A DNA stretch of 64,000 nt. It comes from a virus. This document shows, in pieces, positions 1 through 8,102 of the stretch; position 1 is the stretch's first letter, and each line of letters begins with the position of its first letter. The notes under the pieces were generated by a model. That model did not search any database, was not told where the DNA came from, and saw only the letters and a list, made by a program, of their open reading frames with translations. Both the position numbers and the translations under genes were made by a program. Location: the IMG/VR virus record IMGVR_UViG_3300046736_000061, positions 6,495 through 70,494 of that record; one strand, written 5' to 3'.

Positions 1-40
1 ACCCACCCTCTTAGGCGCGAAAAGCGCCGTTCTTCTTTAC

Positions 41-69
41 TGGACATAATGTCTACTTAGTGTTATATT
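41..69 (+). promoter_or_regulatory. sigma70-type promoter whose -35 lies inside a palindrome copy
   Basis: TGGACA(41-46)-17 bp-TATATT(64-69) with TG extension at 61-62. Confidence 0.55.
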
Positions 70-76
70 GAAGACA

Positions 77-144
77 TAGGCAGGTGGGTAGCTTCCAAGC
101 GTTTGCTTCCCCGCATTGAAGTTATCACCGGAATCACCTGCCTA
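77..144 (+). ncRNA. Structured leader or small RNA upstream of the sigma gene
   Basis: TAGGCAGGTG(77-86) pairs with CACCTGCCTA(135-144); inner helices GGTAGCTT/AAGTTATC, CAA/TTG, GCG/CGC; flanked by two palindrome copies. Confidence 0.4.
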
Positions 145-200
145 AACTTAACTGGACATAATGTCTACTTAACGCTTTAGCGTACGTTGCTAGACAAAAT

Positions 201-878
201 ATGAATAACGATCTCATACTCGCCCACGAACTCGCCTCTGGAAATGAAGAAGCCTTCTCTAAGTTTTATAAAGAGACTCAAGGTAAAGTGTTCGGTATTT
301 GTTATAATATTCTGCACAGCCAGGCAGATGCCGAAGATATGGTTCAAGAAGTTTTTATGGCGATTGCGAAAGGTGTTAGCAAGTATAAAGGTGATGCGAA
401 ACTTTCTACTTGGGTACATCGAGTTGCAGTTAATCAGTGTTTGATGAAACTACGATTAGCTAAACATAAATTCTGGTCAGATAAAATTGACAACGAAGAA
501 GACCACGAAGCGATTTTCAGTAAATTATGCGCAACGCCTTCTCATGATCTTAATATAGACATAAGGTCTGCAATTAAACTTCTGCCTCCTGGCTATAAAA
601 ATGTTTTACTATTGCATGACGTTGAAGGATTAGAGCATCCAGAAATAGTAAAGGTGTTAGGAATATCAGAAGGTACTTCAAAATCTCAATTACACAAAGC
701 GCGAACGAAAATGAAGAAGGTTCTTAATCGAAAAAAAAATCCGAAGGTCGCCTCTTATTTTCCTGCGCGAGCTATTTCTAAACTGATAACTGCCAGAGAA
801 TGTTCCGCTTGTAAAATACCGCGTCAATTTGGACAACTTGTTTCTTGTGGTTATTGTGGAGCAGGAGCCAATGCATAA
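201..878 (+). CDS. ECF-type RNA polymerase sigma-70 factor with C-terminal zinc ribbon
   Basis: Region 2 DAEDMVQEVF...STWVHRVAVN; region 4 LPPGYKNVLLLHDVEGLEHPEIVKVLGISEGTSKSQLHKAR; tail CSAC...CGYC. Confidence 0.93.
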   Translation: MNNDLILAHELASGNEEAFSKFYKETQGKVFGICYNILHSQADAEDMVQEVFMAIAKGVSKYKGDAKLSTWVHRVAVNQCLMKLRLAKHKFWSDKIDNEEDHEAIFSKLCATPSHDLNIDIRSAIKLLPPGYKNVLLLHDVEGLEHPEIVKVLGISEGTSKSQLHKARTKMKKVLNRKKNPKVASYFPARAISKLITARECSACKIPRQFGQLVSCGYCGAGANA

Positions 879-1053
879 ATTTGAAGACCTTACCGGCGAA
901 CAGCGACAGAATCTTTCTCTTGAAGACTTTCTCGAATACTGTCCTCCTAATGAAATATTGCATTTTCATTTTGGCACAGCCGGGAATCAGGGTAAGTGTC
1001 AAATAACAGCAGGAGAGTTAAAGTTAATTCTTGACATTGTAAAGGATTCGTAG
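871..1053 (+). CDS. Hypothetical protein
   Basis: ATG at 871 overlaps the end of the sigma gene; part of ORF 829..1053. Confidence 0.6.
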   Translation: MHKFEDLTGEQRQNLSLEDFLEYCPPNEILHFHFGTAGNQGKCQITAGELKLILDIVKDS

Positions 1054-1059
1054 TATTCT
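1031..1059 (+). promoter_or_regulatory. sigma70-type promoter
   Basis: TTGACA(1031-1036)-17 bp-TATTCT(1054-1059). Confidence 0.65.
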
Positions 1060-1089
1060 AAAAAGGCTCGGGTGTCATCGAGCGGTGTG

Positions 1090-1141
1090 ATTGGGGTTGT
1101 TGGGCTTTCCGTTATTCACCAACAACCCCAATTTAATTTTT
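1090..1141 (+). terminator. Intrinsic terminator-like hairpin
   Basis: ATTGGGGTTGTTGG(1090-1103)/CCAACAACCCCAAT(1119-1132) followed by TTAATTTTT. Confidence 0.65.
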
Positions 1142-1148
1142 GACAAGT

Positions 1149-1266
1149 TTAGGAACGCAACGGACGAGGTTGTGGCTTCGAGGTAAAATGTAAGATTCAA
1201 CCCTGTTAGGGCCAACTCTGTTTTATTAAGTCGATGATGGGTAACGAGCGGTTGACCAGTTCCTAA
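1149..1266 (+). ncRNA. Candidate rod-like structured RNA
   Basis: Closing stem TTAGGAAC/GTTCCTAA, inner pairs CAAC/GTTG, TCGA/TCGA, TAAAA/TTTTA, apical CCCT-GTT-AGGG; no ORF. Confidence 0.3.
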
Positions 1267-1360
1267 TTGAATTTAACTAGACATAATGTCTACTTGACGA
1301 TTTATCGTTAGGCTTCAATCGTTTTCGCGGTGGTTCTCGTTAAAACCGCTAGAAATAAAA

Positions 1361-2119
1361 ATGAACAGAACAAGATTTTTTAATTCCCCTAACGTTCTTC
1401 TCAAAGAAGAATGGAAAAAAGATTCAGTCGGCGTTTACTTAGACCGAGTTTATAACGTCTCTGGAAACGCACTTACCTTTAAGCATTACATCCTCAATAC
1501 AGCAATCAATGTAAACGGCTCTACTTCCACTACTGCCGCTTCCGGTTCTACTGCTGAAACATTTCACGCAACAGGTCGGGGTTTGATTTTCAAGTCGAAT
1601 GGTACGAAATGGCTGTCGATTGATTCTGCACAGGACATTTTTGATATTGGTGATCTTCCTGCCGGTTCTACTGTTACCGCCAATGATTTGTTTCTTGGAT
1701 TGCAAAGAGTCAAGGCCACTGGCACTTGGACGCCTACAGCAAACGCCACAGCAAACCAAACAATAATTATTGGTGGTGTTACATTTGTTGCGAAGGCTTC
1801 GGCTTCTTTGGCGACCGAGTTTACAATCGGCGCAGGGGCAACAGGTAGCGACACAAATTTAGGTATTACGCTATTTAATCTTCTTGCCAAATTAAACGCA
1901 TCTGTTGACACCACGGTTGACGATGTAACTTATACCGACAATCACACCTCAACTAATAAAGACGGAACGGCAATTACGTTTACACATGACAAGCCGGGAA
2001 CCGAAGGAAATTCTTTCCCGACTGTTGTTGGAACGTGGCCGGGAGTCATGAGTGGAACTACTCTCTCGGGTGGAACTGAAACGCTCGTCTCATTCACTAA
2101 AGCACAAATTACCGCGTAG
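1361..2119 (+). CDS. Putative virion structural/decoration protein
   Basis: 252 aa, Thr/Gly/Ala-rich beta-type composition (NQTIIIGGVTFVAKASASLATEFTIGAGA). Confidence 0.5.
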   Translation: MNRTRFFNSPNVLLKEEWKKDSVGVYLDRVYNVSGNALTFKHYILNTAINVNGSTSTTAASGSTAETFHATGRGLIFKSNGTKWLSIDSAQDIFDIGDLPAGSTVTANDLFLGLQRVKATGTWTPTANATANQTIIIGGVTFVAKASASLATEFTIGAGATGSDTNLGITLFNLLAKLNASVDTTVDDVTYTDNHTSTNKDGTAITFTHDKPGTEGNSFPTVVGTWPGVMSGTTLSGGTETLVSFTKAQITA

Positions 2120-2173
2120 TTATTTGGGTTAGCTAGACAAAATGTCCAGTTAACCCTTTTCTTATAACGAAGT

Positions 2174-2569
2174 ATGCAAGCAGGGATTAATAAGAATATG
2201 AGTGAAAGACAAGACTCATACTACGCACTCGTCGCAGGATTGTTAGGGTTATGTTTAGGTATTCTAATGAATCAACCTAAACATATTTCGGAAGCAATTA
2301 AAGCATTATTGGCAGGGGTTTTTGCTTGTTTAGTAATTGCCCCTGCCATAGCAGAACTTGTTACTAATTTTTCTATATCTTTTGTGTATTTTGGATGGTT
2401 AAATGCCGCGCCCGGTACAGCTTTATATGCTTTCATTATCGGCGGCTGTGGTATTTTAGGTTTCCAAATCGTAGTAGGATTAAAAGAAGACGTAATAACC
2501 AGTTTACGCCGATGGGCGAAGGATAAAGTAAATGGAAACAACGGACGCTCCCGCTCCGATAATAAGTAA
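2174..2569 (+). CDS. Putative holin
   Basis: About 3 hydrophobic segments and basic C-terminus; start may be 2198. Confidence 0.6.
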   Translation: MQAGINKNMSERQDSYYALVAGLLGLCLGILMNQPKHISEAIKALLAGVFACLVIAPAIAELVTNFSISFVYFGWLNAAPGTALYAFIIGGCGILGFQIVVGLKEDVITSLRRWAKDKVNGNNGRSRSDNK

Positions 2570-2888
2570 CTTGGAAGTCACTCAATCAGAAGTAGGATGG
2601 GTGAGAACAGTTGTTGTTTGGATTGTTTTTGCAATTGCTGTTTTTGGAATGATGGGCTTTGCGTGGCTGTCTATTCAAGATCGAATGAATGGTATCGACG
2701 CTTGGCGTGAAGTTGAAAAAGATAAACGAAGTGAAGGATTTCGTAAACTCTGTGAAGACAATGCTTTGGTATTTGAAAGATTGAAAGAGCATTTGCGACA
2801 ACAGAAAATTAATGCCCCTGCTGAATATTTAGTTACCAAGCCTTGTGTTCAACCCGATAGATTACCAGAACCCCCAAAGGAGAAATAG
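2532..2888 (+). CDS. Single-pass membrane protein
   Basis: TM segment TVVVWIVFAIAVFGMMGFAWL; Pro-rich C-terminus. Confidence 0.6.
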   Translation: METTDAPAPIISNLEVTQSEVGWVRTVVVWIVFAIAVFGMMGFAWLSIQDRMNGIDAWREVEKDKRSEGFRKLCEDNALVFERLKEHLRQQKINAPAEYLVTKPCVQPDRLPEPPKEK

Positions 2889-2890
2889 TT

Positions 2891-3154
2891 ATGCCCCATT
2901 CGAGAATTATCATTACAGGTGTATTTGAAGAGATAATTGGAGACACGGAAGAAGGATCACTCGCAGAATTGCGAACTGCTTTTATTGCGACAGATGATAA
3001 GTATGTAGCAAATTTAATCCCACCTCTGCAACGTCCTGCATATCACGACCTTGCACATAGTTTGCAAGATTGGCTTACAGAAGGAACAACTCAAGAGGAA
3101 GGCGTGGCCGATAAAGCTACTTCGTTTAAAGATCAGTTTAATGCTTATCTATAA
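2891..3154 (+). CDS. Hypothetical protein
   Basis: 87 aa ORF preceded by AAGGAG. Confidence 0.65.
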   Translation: MPHSRIIITGVFEEIIGDTEEGSLAELRTAFIATDDKYVANLIPPLQRPAYHDLAHSLQDWLTEGTTQEEGVADKATSFKDQFNAYL

Positions 3155-3157
3155 TAT

Positions 3158-3727
3158 ATGGAAATTTCAAACGCGCAAATCGTAATCGCGCTTATTGGAT
3201 TGCTTGGCGTACTTGTTACAACGGTCGCCGCGGCTTTTGGTATCCCCGCATATACTGGACTTCGCCGTGATATGCGCGAACAACGAGCCGAATCACAAAA
3301 AGATAAAGAAAATTGTGATTCGGTTTTAACTCGACTGAAATCGGAAATTATTGCTCTACAAGGAAAAATTCGCAAAGATACACTCCCGCAATGGCATAAA
3401 AACCAAGCGGGAGTAATTCTTTGGGTGAATACGGTTTATGTGCAGAGGTTTTTAGCCCCATTCGATCAAGACGCTTCTGGTGTTCTTGGCAAGAGCGATG
3501 CTGAAGTTCTCTTCTTTGCGCCAGAATTGAAAGAGACTCTTTCCGCAATGGATAAAGAGGTTAGGGACTTTGGAAGCGCCACCCGTCATGGTGTTCGATT
3601 TAATTTAGATTCCAATCGACGATATACAATAATCAAAGAATTATCTGTTGACCCAATCTTAGGGGTAATTACCTTCTCGGGCATTGCTTGTGAAGAAAGA
3701 TCGAGCCCCGCGTTACTTGACTCGTAA
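3158..3727 (+). CDS. Membrane-anchored PAS-domain protein
   Basis: N-terminal TM, coiled coil, then PAS_4-like PQWHKNQAGVILWVN...VLGKSDAEV...MDKEV. Confidence 0.6.
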   Translation: MEISNAQIVIALIGLLGVLVTTVAAAFGIPAYTGLRRDMREQRAESQKDKENCDSVLTRLKSEIIALQGKIRKDTLPQWHKNQAGVILWVNTVYVQRFLAPFDQDASGVLGKSDAEVLFFAPELKETLSAMDKEVRDFGSATRHGVRFNLDSNRRYTIIKELSVDPILGVITFSGIACEERSSPALLDS

Positions 3728-3745
3728 CACCAAAATATGTATAGT
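3717..3745 (+). promoter_or_regulatory. sigma70-type promoter directly upstream of a palindrome copy
   Basis: TTGACT(3717-3722)-17 bp-TATAGT(3740-3745). Confidence 0.6.
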
Positions 3746-3775
3746 AGATAACTAGACATAATGTCTACTTAACTT

Positions 3776-4300
3776 ATGAAGCGAGAGGGACAACCCGAAT
3801 CAAATGCTACGTTATCTAATGGCTATGGTCATATCTACGATGATCTGGAATACTTGCAAAGTGAAATGCATAATTTTCGAGACTTCGATACGGCCGCCGC
3901 AATGATAGACCCCGAATGGACACGTCATAATTTGCATAAGTGGATACACGAAGGCAAAGTTTGTATGTCAGATATTTTAGTTCTTACCGATGAAGCGATT
4001 TATGGAAAAATTTATACCGGCAAGAAAATGTTTATTCATATTAACGAGGTACAGAGGTTAAAGGCCGAATATGAAAAAATGTCCAGACCTAATTACAGAT
4101 ATTGTGAATGGTGCGGAAGAAAACTCTTCGTCTGCGTCAAGAAAGAATGTCCTGACAGATATAACTCAAACCCTGACAACACTCTCCGCGACGCCGAAAT
4201 TTCGCAACTTGTCGCAGGAGCTGTCCAAAGGCTTGATAAAAGAAGACGGAGCGGTATCTTATTCAGAAAGTCAACTCGTAAACAAACCAGTACAGGATAG
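3776..4300 (+). CDS. Hypothetical protein, possibly DNA/zinc-binding
   Basis: HTH-like TAAAMIDPEWTRHNLHKWIHEGK; CEWC...C...C. Confidence 0.55.
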   Translation: MKREGQPESNATLSNGYGHIYDDLEYLQSEMHNFRDFDTAAAMIDPEWTRHNLHKWIHEGKVCMSDILVLTDEAIYGKIYTGKKMFIHINEVQRLKAEYEKMSRPNYRYCEWCGRKLFVCVKKECPDRYNSNPDNTLRDAEISQLVAGAVQRLDKRRRSGILFRKSTRKQTSTG

Positions 4301-4826
4301 AGACGTTATGTTAAACCAGTTGATGATTAACGATATTCAAGGAGTCGCCGCTTTTAGTGTTGATGAAGTAAATACTATCGGCATGGCGCTAATTGAATCT
4401 TATGGTAGTGTTAATAAGGCGGCTAGAATCGCTAAAATTAGTCCGGCGCGTCTTAGGTGGCTAGTTAGAAACCATCCCGAAATTGGTCGCTTTCACGAAA
4501 TTGGACAAGAATGTGTTAAAGGATTATTAGACGAGCAAATCATTGACAAGTTAGCAGATGGTGACGAGAATATGGTAATGCTTATTACTCGTTTAATGTA
4601 TCGCGGTCGTCGCAATGGTGGTTTTAACGCTTCTGAAATTGGTGTTGTGAGTTATGATGATCCGCTTGCTAAAAAATTATCTAGTGCAACGGAAGACGAC
4701 ACCCAAAGAGCGCCGGTAATTAATTTTAATTTCTTGCAAGCGGATATGCCTTCCAATCGAAAGATTGAAAAAGTTATTAACGCGACGATTGATATTGAAG
4801 CAAGAGACGTAGATGACGAGGTTTAA
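4071..4826 (+). CDS. Putative terminase small subunit (start uncertain, possibly 4308)
   Basis: HTH GSVNKAARIAKISPARLRWLVRNHPE and GDENMVMLITRLMYRGRR segment; upstream of terminase genes. Confidence 0.6.
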   Translation: MKKCPDLITDIVNGAEENSSSASRKNVLTDITQTLTTLSATPKFRNLSQELSKGLIKEDGAVSYSESQLVNKPVQDRDVMLNQLMINDIQGVAAFSVDEVNTIGMALIESYGSVNKAARIAKISPARLRWLVRNHPEIGRFHEIGQECVKGLLDEQIIDKLADGDENMVMLITRLMYRGRRNGGFNASEIGVVSYDDPLAKKLSSATEDDTQRAPVINFNFLQADMPSNRKIEKVINATIDIEARDVDDEV

Positions 4827-5000
4827 ATGATTAAAGAGAACAAAGTTCGTTGTTTAAAGTGTAATGATGTGATTGAGAGCAAGTCTAGTTATGATCGCGT
4901 AACCTGTTCCTGTGGAGCGGTTAGTGTAGATGGTGGAAAACTTTATCTCAAACGTACCGGCAAGAAAGAGGATTACGAAGAGCTGTCTGTGAGAGAATAA
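4827..5000 (+). CDS. Small zinc-finger protein (57 aa, below ORF-track cutoff)
   Basis: Translated by hand: MIKENKVRCLKCNDVIESKSSYDRVTCSCGAVSVDGGKLYLKR... Confidence 0.75.
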   Translation: MIKENKVRCLKCNDVIESKSSYDRVTCSCGAVSVDGGKLYLKRTGKKEDYEELSVRE

Positions 5001-5038
5001 GTAGACATAACGTCCAGTTAAAATAAAAAGGAGATAAA

Positions 5039-5722
5039 ATGAATACGTTTACCGTTGAATTAAAGACGCCACATATAGGACAGCAAACTGTATTGGAGCA
5101 AAGAAGACGTTTTAACATAATTTGTACAGGTAGAAGATGGGGTAAGGAAGAATTAATCAATCAGTTAATTAGCGACTCTATACAAAAAGGGCACAAACGA
5201 ATATTAATAATTGCTCCGTTAAGGTTGTCTCATATCGGGTTTCAAAGAGTTAGCGATATGTTTAAGACTGCCGTAACAAGATTAAACCGCATTAATCAAG
5301 AAATAGATATCGTCAGCGGATTGCGTGTTCAATTTGCAAAGACGGAAGACTATTTAAATGTATTGCATGGTTTTCAAGGTGATAGAATTATTATAAATGA
5401 ACCTGATTATAATAAAGATATAATTGATGAAGTTATTAAACTAAGCTGTATATGTCTTACGAATTTTATGGGTGATTTTTATATTATTGGAACACAAAAA
5501 CCCGAAGGTGTTGTGAAAGGCAATAGGTTGCTAAGTGTTTTTCCCAAGCTGGCCCAAGCTACAAAAGACAATTCGGAATGGATAACTTTTCAATGCCCAA
5601 CCTCTAATAATCCATATTTTCCTCAAGAAGAACTACCTAGACAACGCGAGGATTTACTTAGCCGGTTTGGTAAATTAGGTGAGGATGTTTATAAATCAGA
5701 ATGGGAAGGGAAACTTGTATAA
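5039..5722 (+). CDS. Degenerate terminase ATPase-domain paralog lacking the nuclease domain
   Basis: Colinear with N-half of 6399..7730: HIGQ, TGRRWGKEE, IIINEP, NPYFPQEEL, EWEGKLV-stop. Confidence 0.8.
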   Translation: MNTFTVELKTPHIGQQTVLEQRRRFNIICTGRRWGKEELINQLISDSIQKGHKRILIIAPLRLSHIGFQRVSDMFKTAVTRLNRINQEIDIVSGLRVQFAKTEDYLNVLHGFQGDRIIINEPDYNKDIIDEVIKLSCICLTNFMGDFYIIGTQKPEGVVKGNRLLSVFPKLAQATKDNSEWITFQCPTSNNPYFPQEELPRQREDLLSRFGKLGEDVYKSEWEGKLV

Positions 5723-5751
5723 GTAGACATAATGTCCAGTTAGGGGATAAT

Positions 5752-6048
5752 ATGAAACCAGTAAGCCCTGTTATTCCAACTGCCGATTTACCCGAAACGG
5801 TAATTGCAGAAAATCAACCAGAGTATGAAAACTTGCCGGCAATTCAATGCGGTAAAGGAATTATCCTTACTCGGTGGAAATTAACAGATGAAGAGATTGA
5901 AATCGTAAAAGAAACGGGCGATATTTATTTGTTTATGTGGACGTTCGGTAAACCTGTTATGCCGATCGCATTGCAAGTTGAAAAGCCGGAAATCGGTGAG
6001 CCTATAACCGATGAAACTTTAGAGAGCGCGATTATTACGGAAGGATAA
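5752..6048 (+). CDS. Conserved phage hypothetical protein
   Basis: AENQPEYENLPA...TRWKLTDEE motif; ATG 5752 after AGGGG. Confidence 0.7.
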   Translation: MKPVSPVIPTADLPETVIAENQPEYENLPAIQCGKGIILTRWKLTDEEIEIVKETGDIYLFMWTFGKPVMPIALQVEKPEIGEPITDETLESAIITEG

Positions 6049-6055
6049 TAATTAT

Positions 6056-6397
6056 ATGAAATGTCAATACCACGGTGAGATTCCAACAGAGCCGAGCGCA
6101 AAATTTGATTATAAAGTAGAAGGTTCTACTTATTCAATGAACTACCAAGACTTGAAAAGTCATTTTGAGATGTATAAAGGTTTTAATGATGGTCAGTTTA
6201 TTGACCAAGCTATTAAAATATTCCATTTTGCCTCATTCGTCTGCTATTTCAAAAACATTCCCACACAGGCCATTCTTTGTGATAAAGGAATTCTACATCA
6301 ACTCGCCCACTTGATAGACGAAGACACTAAAGAAGATGCGGTTCGTGAAATTTCTGAAATTCGAGAACGATTTAATATTGTTTGTGCATTAGCGTAA
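6056..6397 (+). CDS. Hypothetical protein
   Basis: 113 aa ORF packed in operon. Confidence 0.65.
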   Translation: MKCQYHGEIPTEPSAKFDYKVEGSTYSMNYQDLKSHFEMYKGFNDGQFIDQAIKIFHFASFVCYFKNIPTQAILCDKGILHQLAHLIDEDTKEDAVREISEIRERFNIVCALA

Positions 6398-6398
6398 T

Positions 6399-7730
6399 AT
6401 GAGTAAAGATTTAAATATTAATCTGCATGCCTTACATCCGGGGCAGTTGGAAGTCTACGAAAATCGAGCTAGATTTAACGTATGCTCATGGGGTCGCCGG
6501 GGAGGTAAGAGCGATTTGAGTTATCCGCTTTTTGCAGAGATATGTAACCATAACCTTAAAAACAATTTATCGGAAGATATGGCTTATATGGCTCCGACAT
6601 ATAAAAATTTAAAACCTATTTGGAGAAGGTTTTTAAAAGTTTTTGAGCCTATAATCAGCAGTACAAATACTACAGACTACACGGCGACGATTTTAGATCA
6701 GTTCGTTATTGAATTTTGGAGTCTTGATAAACCAGAAAACATTCGTGGACGTGAATATAGACGTGTTATTATTGATGAGGCGGCCTTAATTTTAAATTTA
6801 CAGGCTGTTTTTAAACTTATCATCCTTCCTACGCTTGGAACTTTACAAGGAGATGCGTGGTTTTTTTCTACCCCTCGCGGATTTAATGATTTTCACTACT
6901 TTTACGAACTTGGACAGAATCCGATTTTCACAGATTGGGTAAGCTGGATTCGTCCAACTGCAATGAATCCGTTTTTCCCGCCAGAAGAACTTGAAGAACA
7001 GCGAAAATTACTCACCCCCGAAGAATTTGCTCAAGAATGGGAAGGAAAATTCGTTGCTTTGGGTAATTCGCCATTTAATACCGATGATTTTCATAAACAT
7101 CAGACTTATGAAGGTTGTTTAGCAACAATTAAAGACCAAATTCCCCTTTATCATATTTGTTATTGGGATATTGCTGATAGTGAAGATGGGGATTATACTG
7201 CTTCTGTTCGTTTAACCATCACTGACACTCCAAATTTCATCTTATCGCGTCCTTTTGCTCGAAAAGGCAAATGGGGAGCGAATTACGAGTCGGTAGTTGC
7301 TCATATTTTAGCAAATCCAGATGCTATTCACGTCTTTGAAACGGAAGGAGTTGGCGGAATTGCTTGGTATATGATTAGTACAGACCCAAGATTGAAGGGT
7401 ATGAACATGATGCCAGCCGGTCGTGCTTTTACACGTCAAAATAAGGAAGAAAGAGCAAATATTTGGGCTATTGAACTTAGAAATAAGCGTATGCACCTTA
7501 TTCAAGATGCTGGCTATCAAGATTTGCTTAGACAAGTTGCCGGTTATCCACATTTTGACAATGATGATTATATAGATAGCGTTTCTGGCGGCTTTTTAAC
7601 CTTTGTTTATATTTACGGTGGCTATGAGAAGTTATTAGAGTCTAAAATTTTAGCACCGCAGACTGCTAAAGAAGATAAATACGATTATCGTACAGAGCAG
7701 TTAGTGAATCAATTAAGAGATTTGTATTAA
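6399..7730 (+). CDS. terL: Terminase large subunit
   Basis: Walker A WGRRGGKS, Walker B VIIDEAA, STPRG coupling motif, nuclease YWDIA...DYTA...DDYIDS. Confidence 0.95.
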   Translation: MSKDLNINLHALHPGQLEVYENRARFNVCSWGRRGGKSDLSYPLFAEICNHNLKNNLSEDMAYMAPTYKNLKPIWRRFLKVFEPIISSTNTTDYTATILDQFVIEFWSLDKPENIRGREYRRVIIDEAALILNLQAVFKLIILPTLGTLQGDAWFFSTPRGFNDFHYFYELGQNPIFTDWVSWIRPTAMNPFFPPEELEEQRKLLTPEEFAQEWEGKFVALGNSPFNTDDFHKHQTYEGCLATIKDQIPLYHICYWDIADSEDGDYTASVRLTITDTPNFILSRPFARKGKWGANYESVVAHILANPDAIHVFETEGVGGIAWYMISTDPRLKGMNMMPAGRAFTRQNKEERANIWAIELRNKRMHLIQDAGYQDLLRQVAGYPHFDNDDYIDSVSGGFLTFVYIYGGYEKLLESKILAPQTAKEDKYDYRTEQLVNQLRDLY

Positions 7731-7766
7731 GGAGAGATAGCTAGACATAATGTCTAGTTAAAAACA

Positions 7767-8102
7767 ATGTTAGAATATTGCTTATGGTTAGCCGCTTGTG
7801 TTATATTGATAATGTTTTCGTTATTTACTATCGCTTTTGGTATTTTTGGTATTGTTTTTTGTATCAAACAATCCTCTCTTTGGTTAAGCATAATTCTTGA
7901 TAACATCACTTCTTGGGTAAAACTTTTTAGGCATCCTATATTCGCTATTGCGTTAGATGCGAAAGACTTAGATTCGTTAAACAGCAAGTACACCGACATA
8001 AACTTATATGAACTTCTTACAACCATATACCGCAATAGACGAGAACGAATATCTAAGCGACGAAAAGACGCAGAACGTCAAAGCCTTACAATTAAACCCT
8101 AA
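7767..8102 (+). CDS. Membrane protein
   Basis: Long hydrophobic N-terminus; overlaps portal 5' end. Confidence 0.5.
   Translation: MLEYCLWLAACVILIMFSLFTIAFGIFGIVFCIKQSSLWLSIILDNITSWVKLFRHPIFAIALDAKDLDSLNSKYTDINLYELLTTIYRNRRERISKRRKDAERQSLTIKP

Noticed and set aside
5701-5751. ORF-track start at 5701, and similarly 829, 13116, 29832 and 50239
   Set aside because: These extensions overlap upstream genes or run through the palindrome or a hairpin; downstream ATGs fit better.
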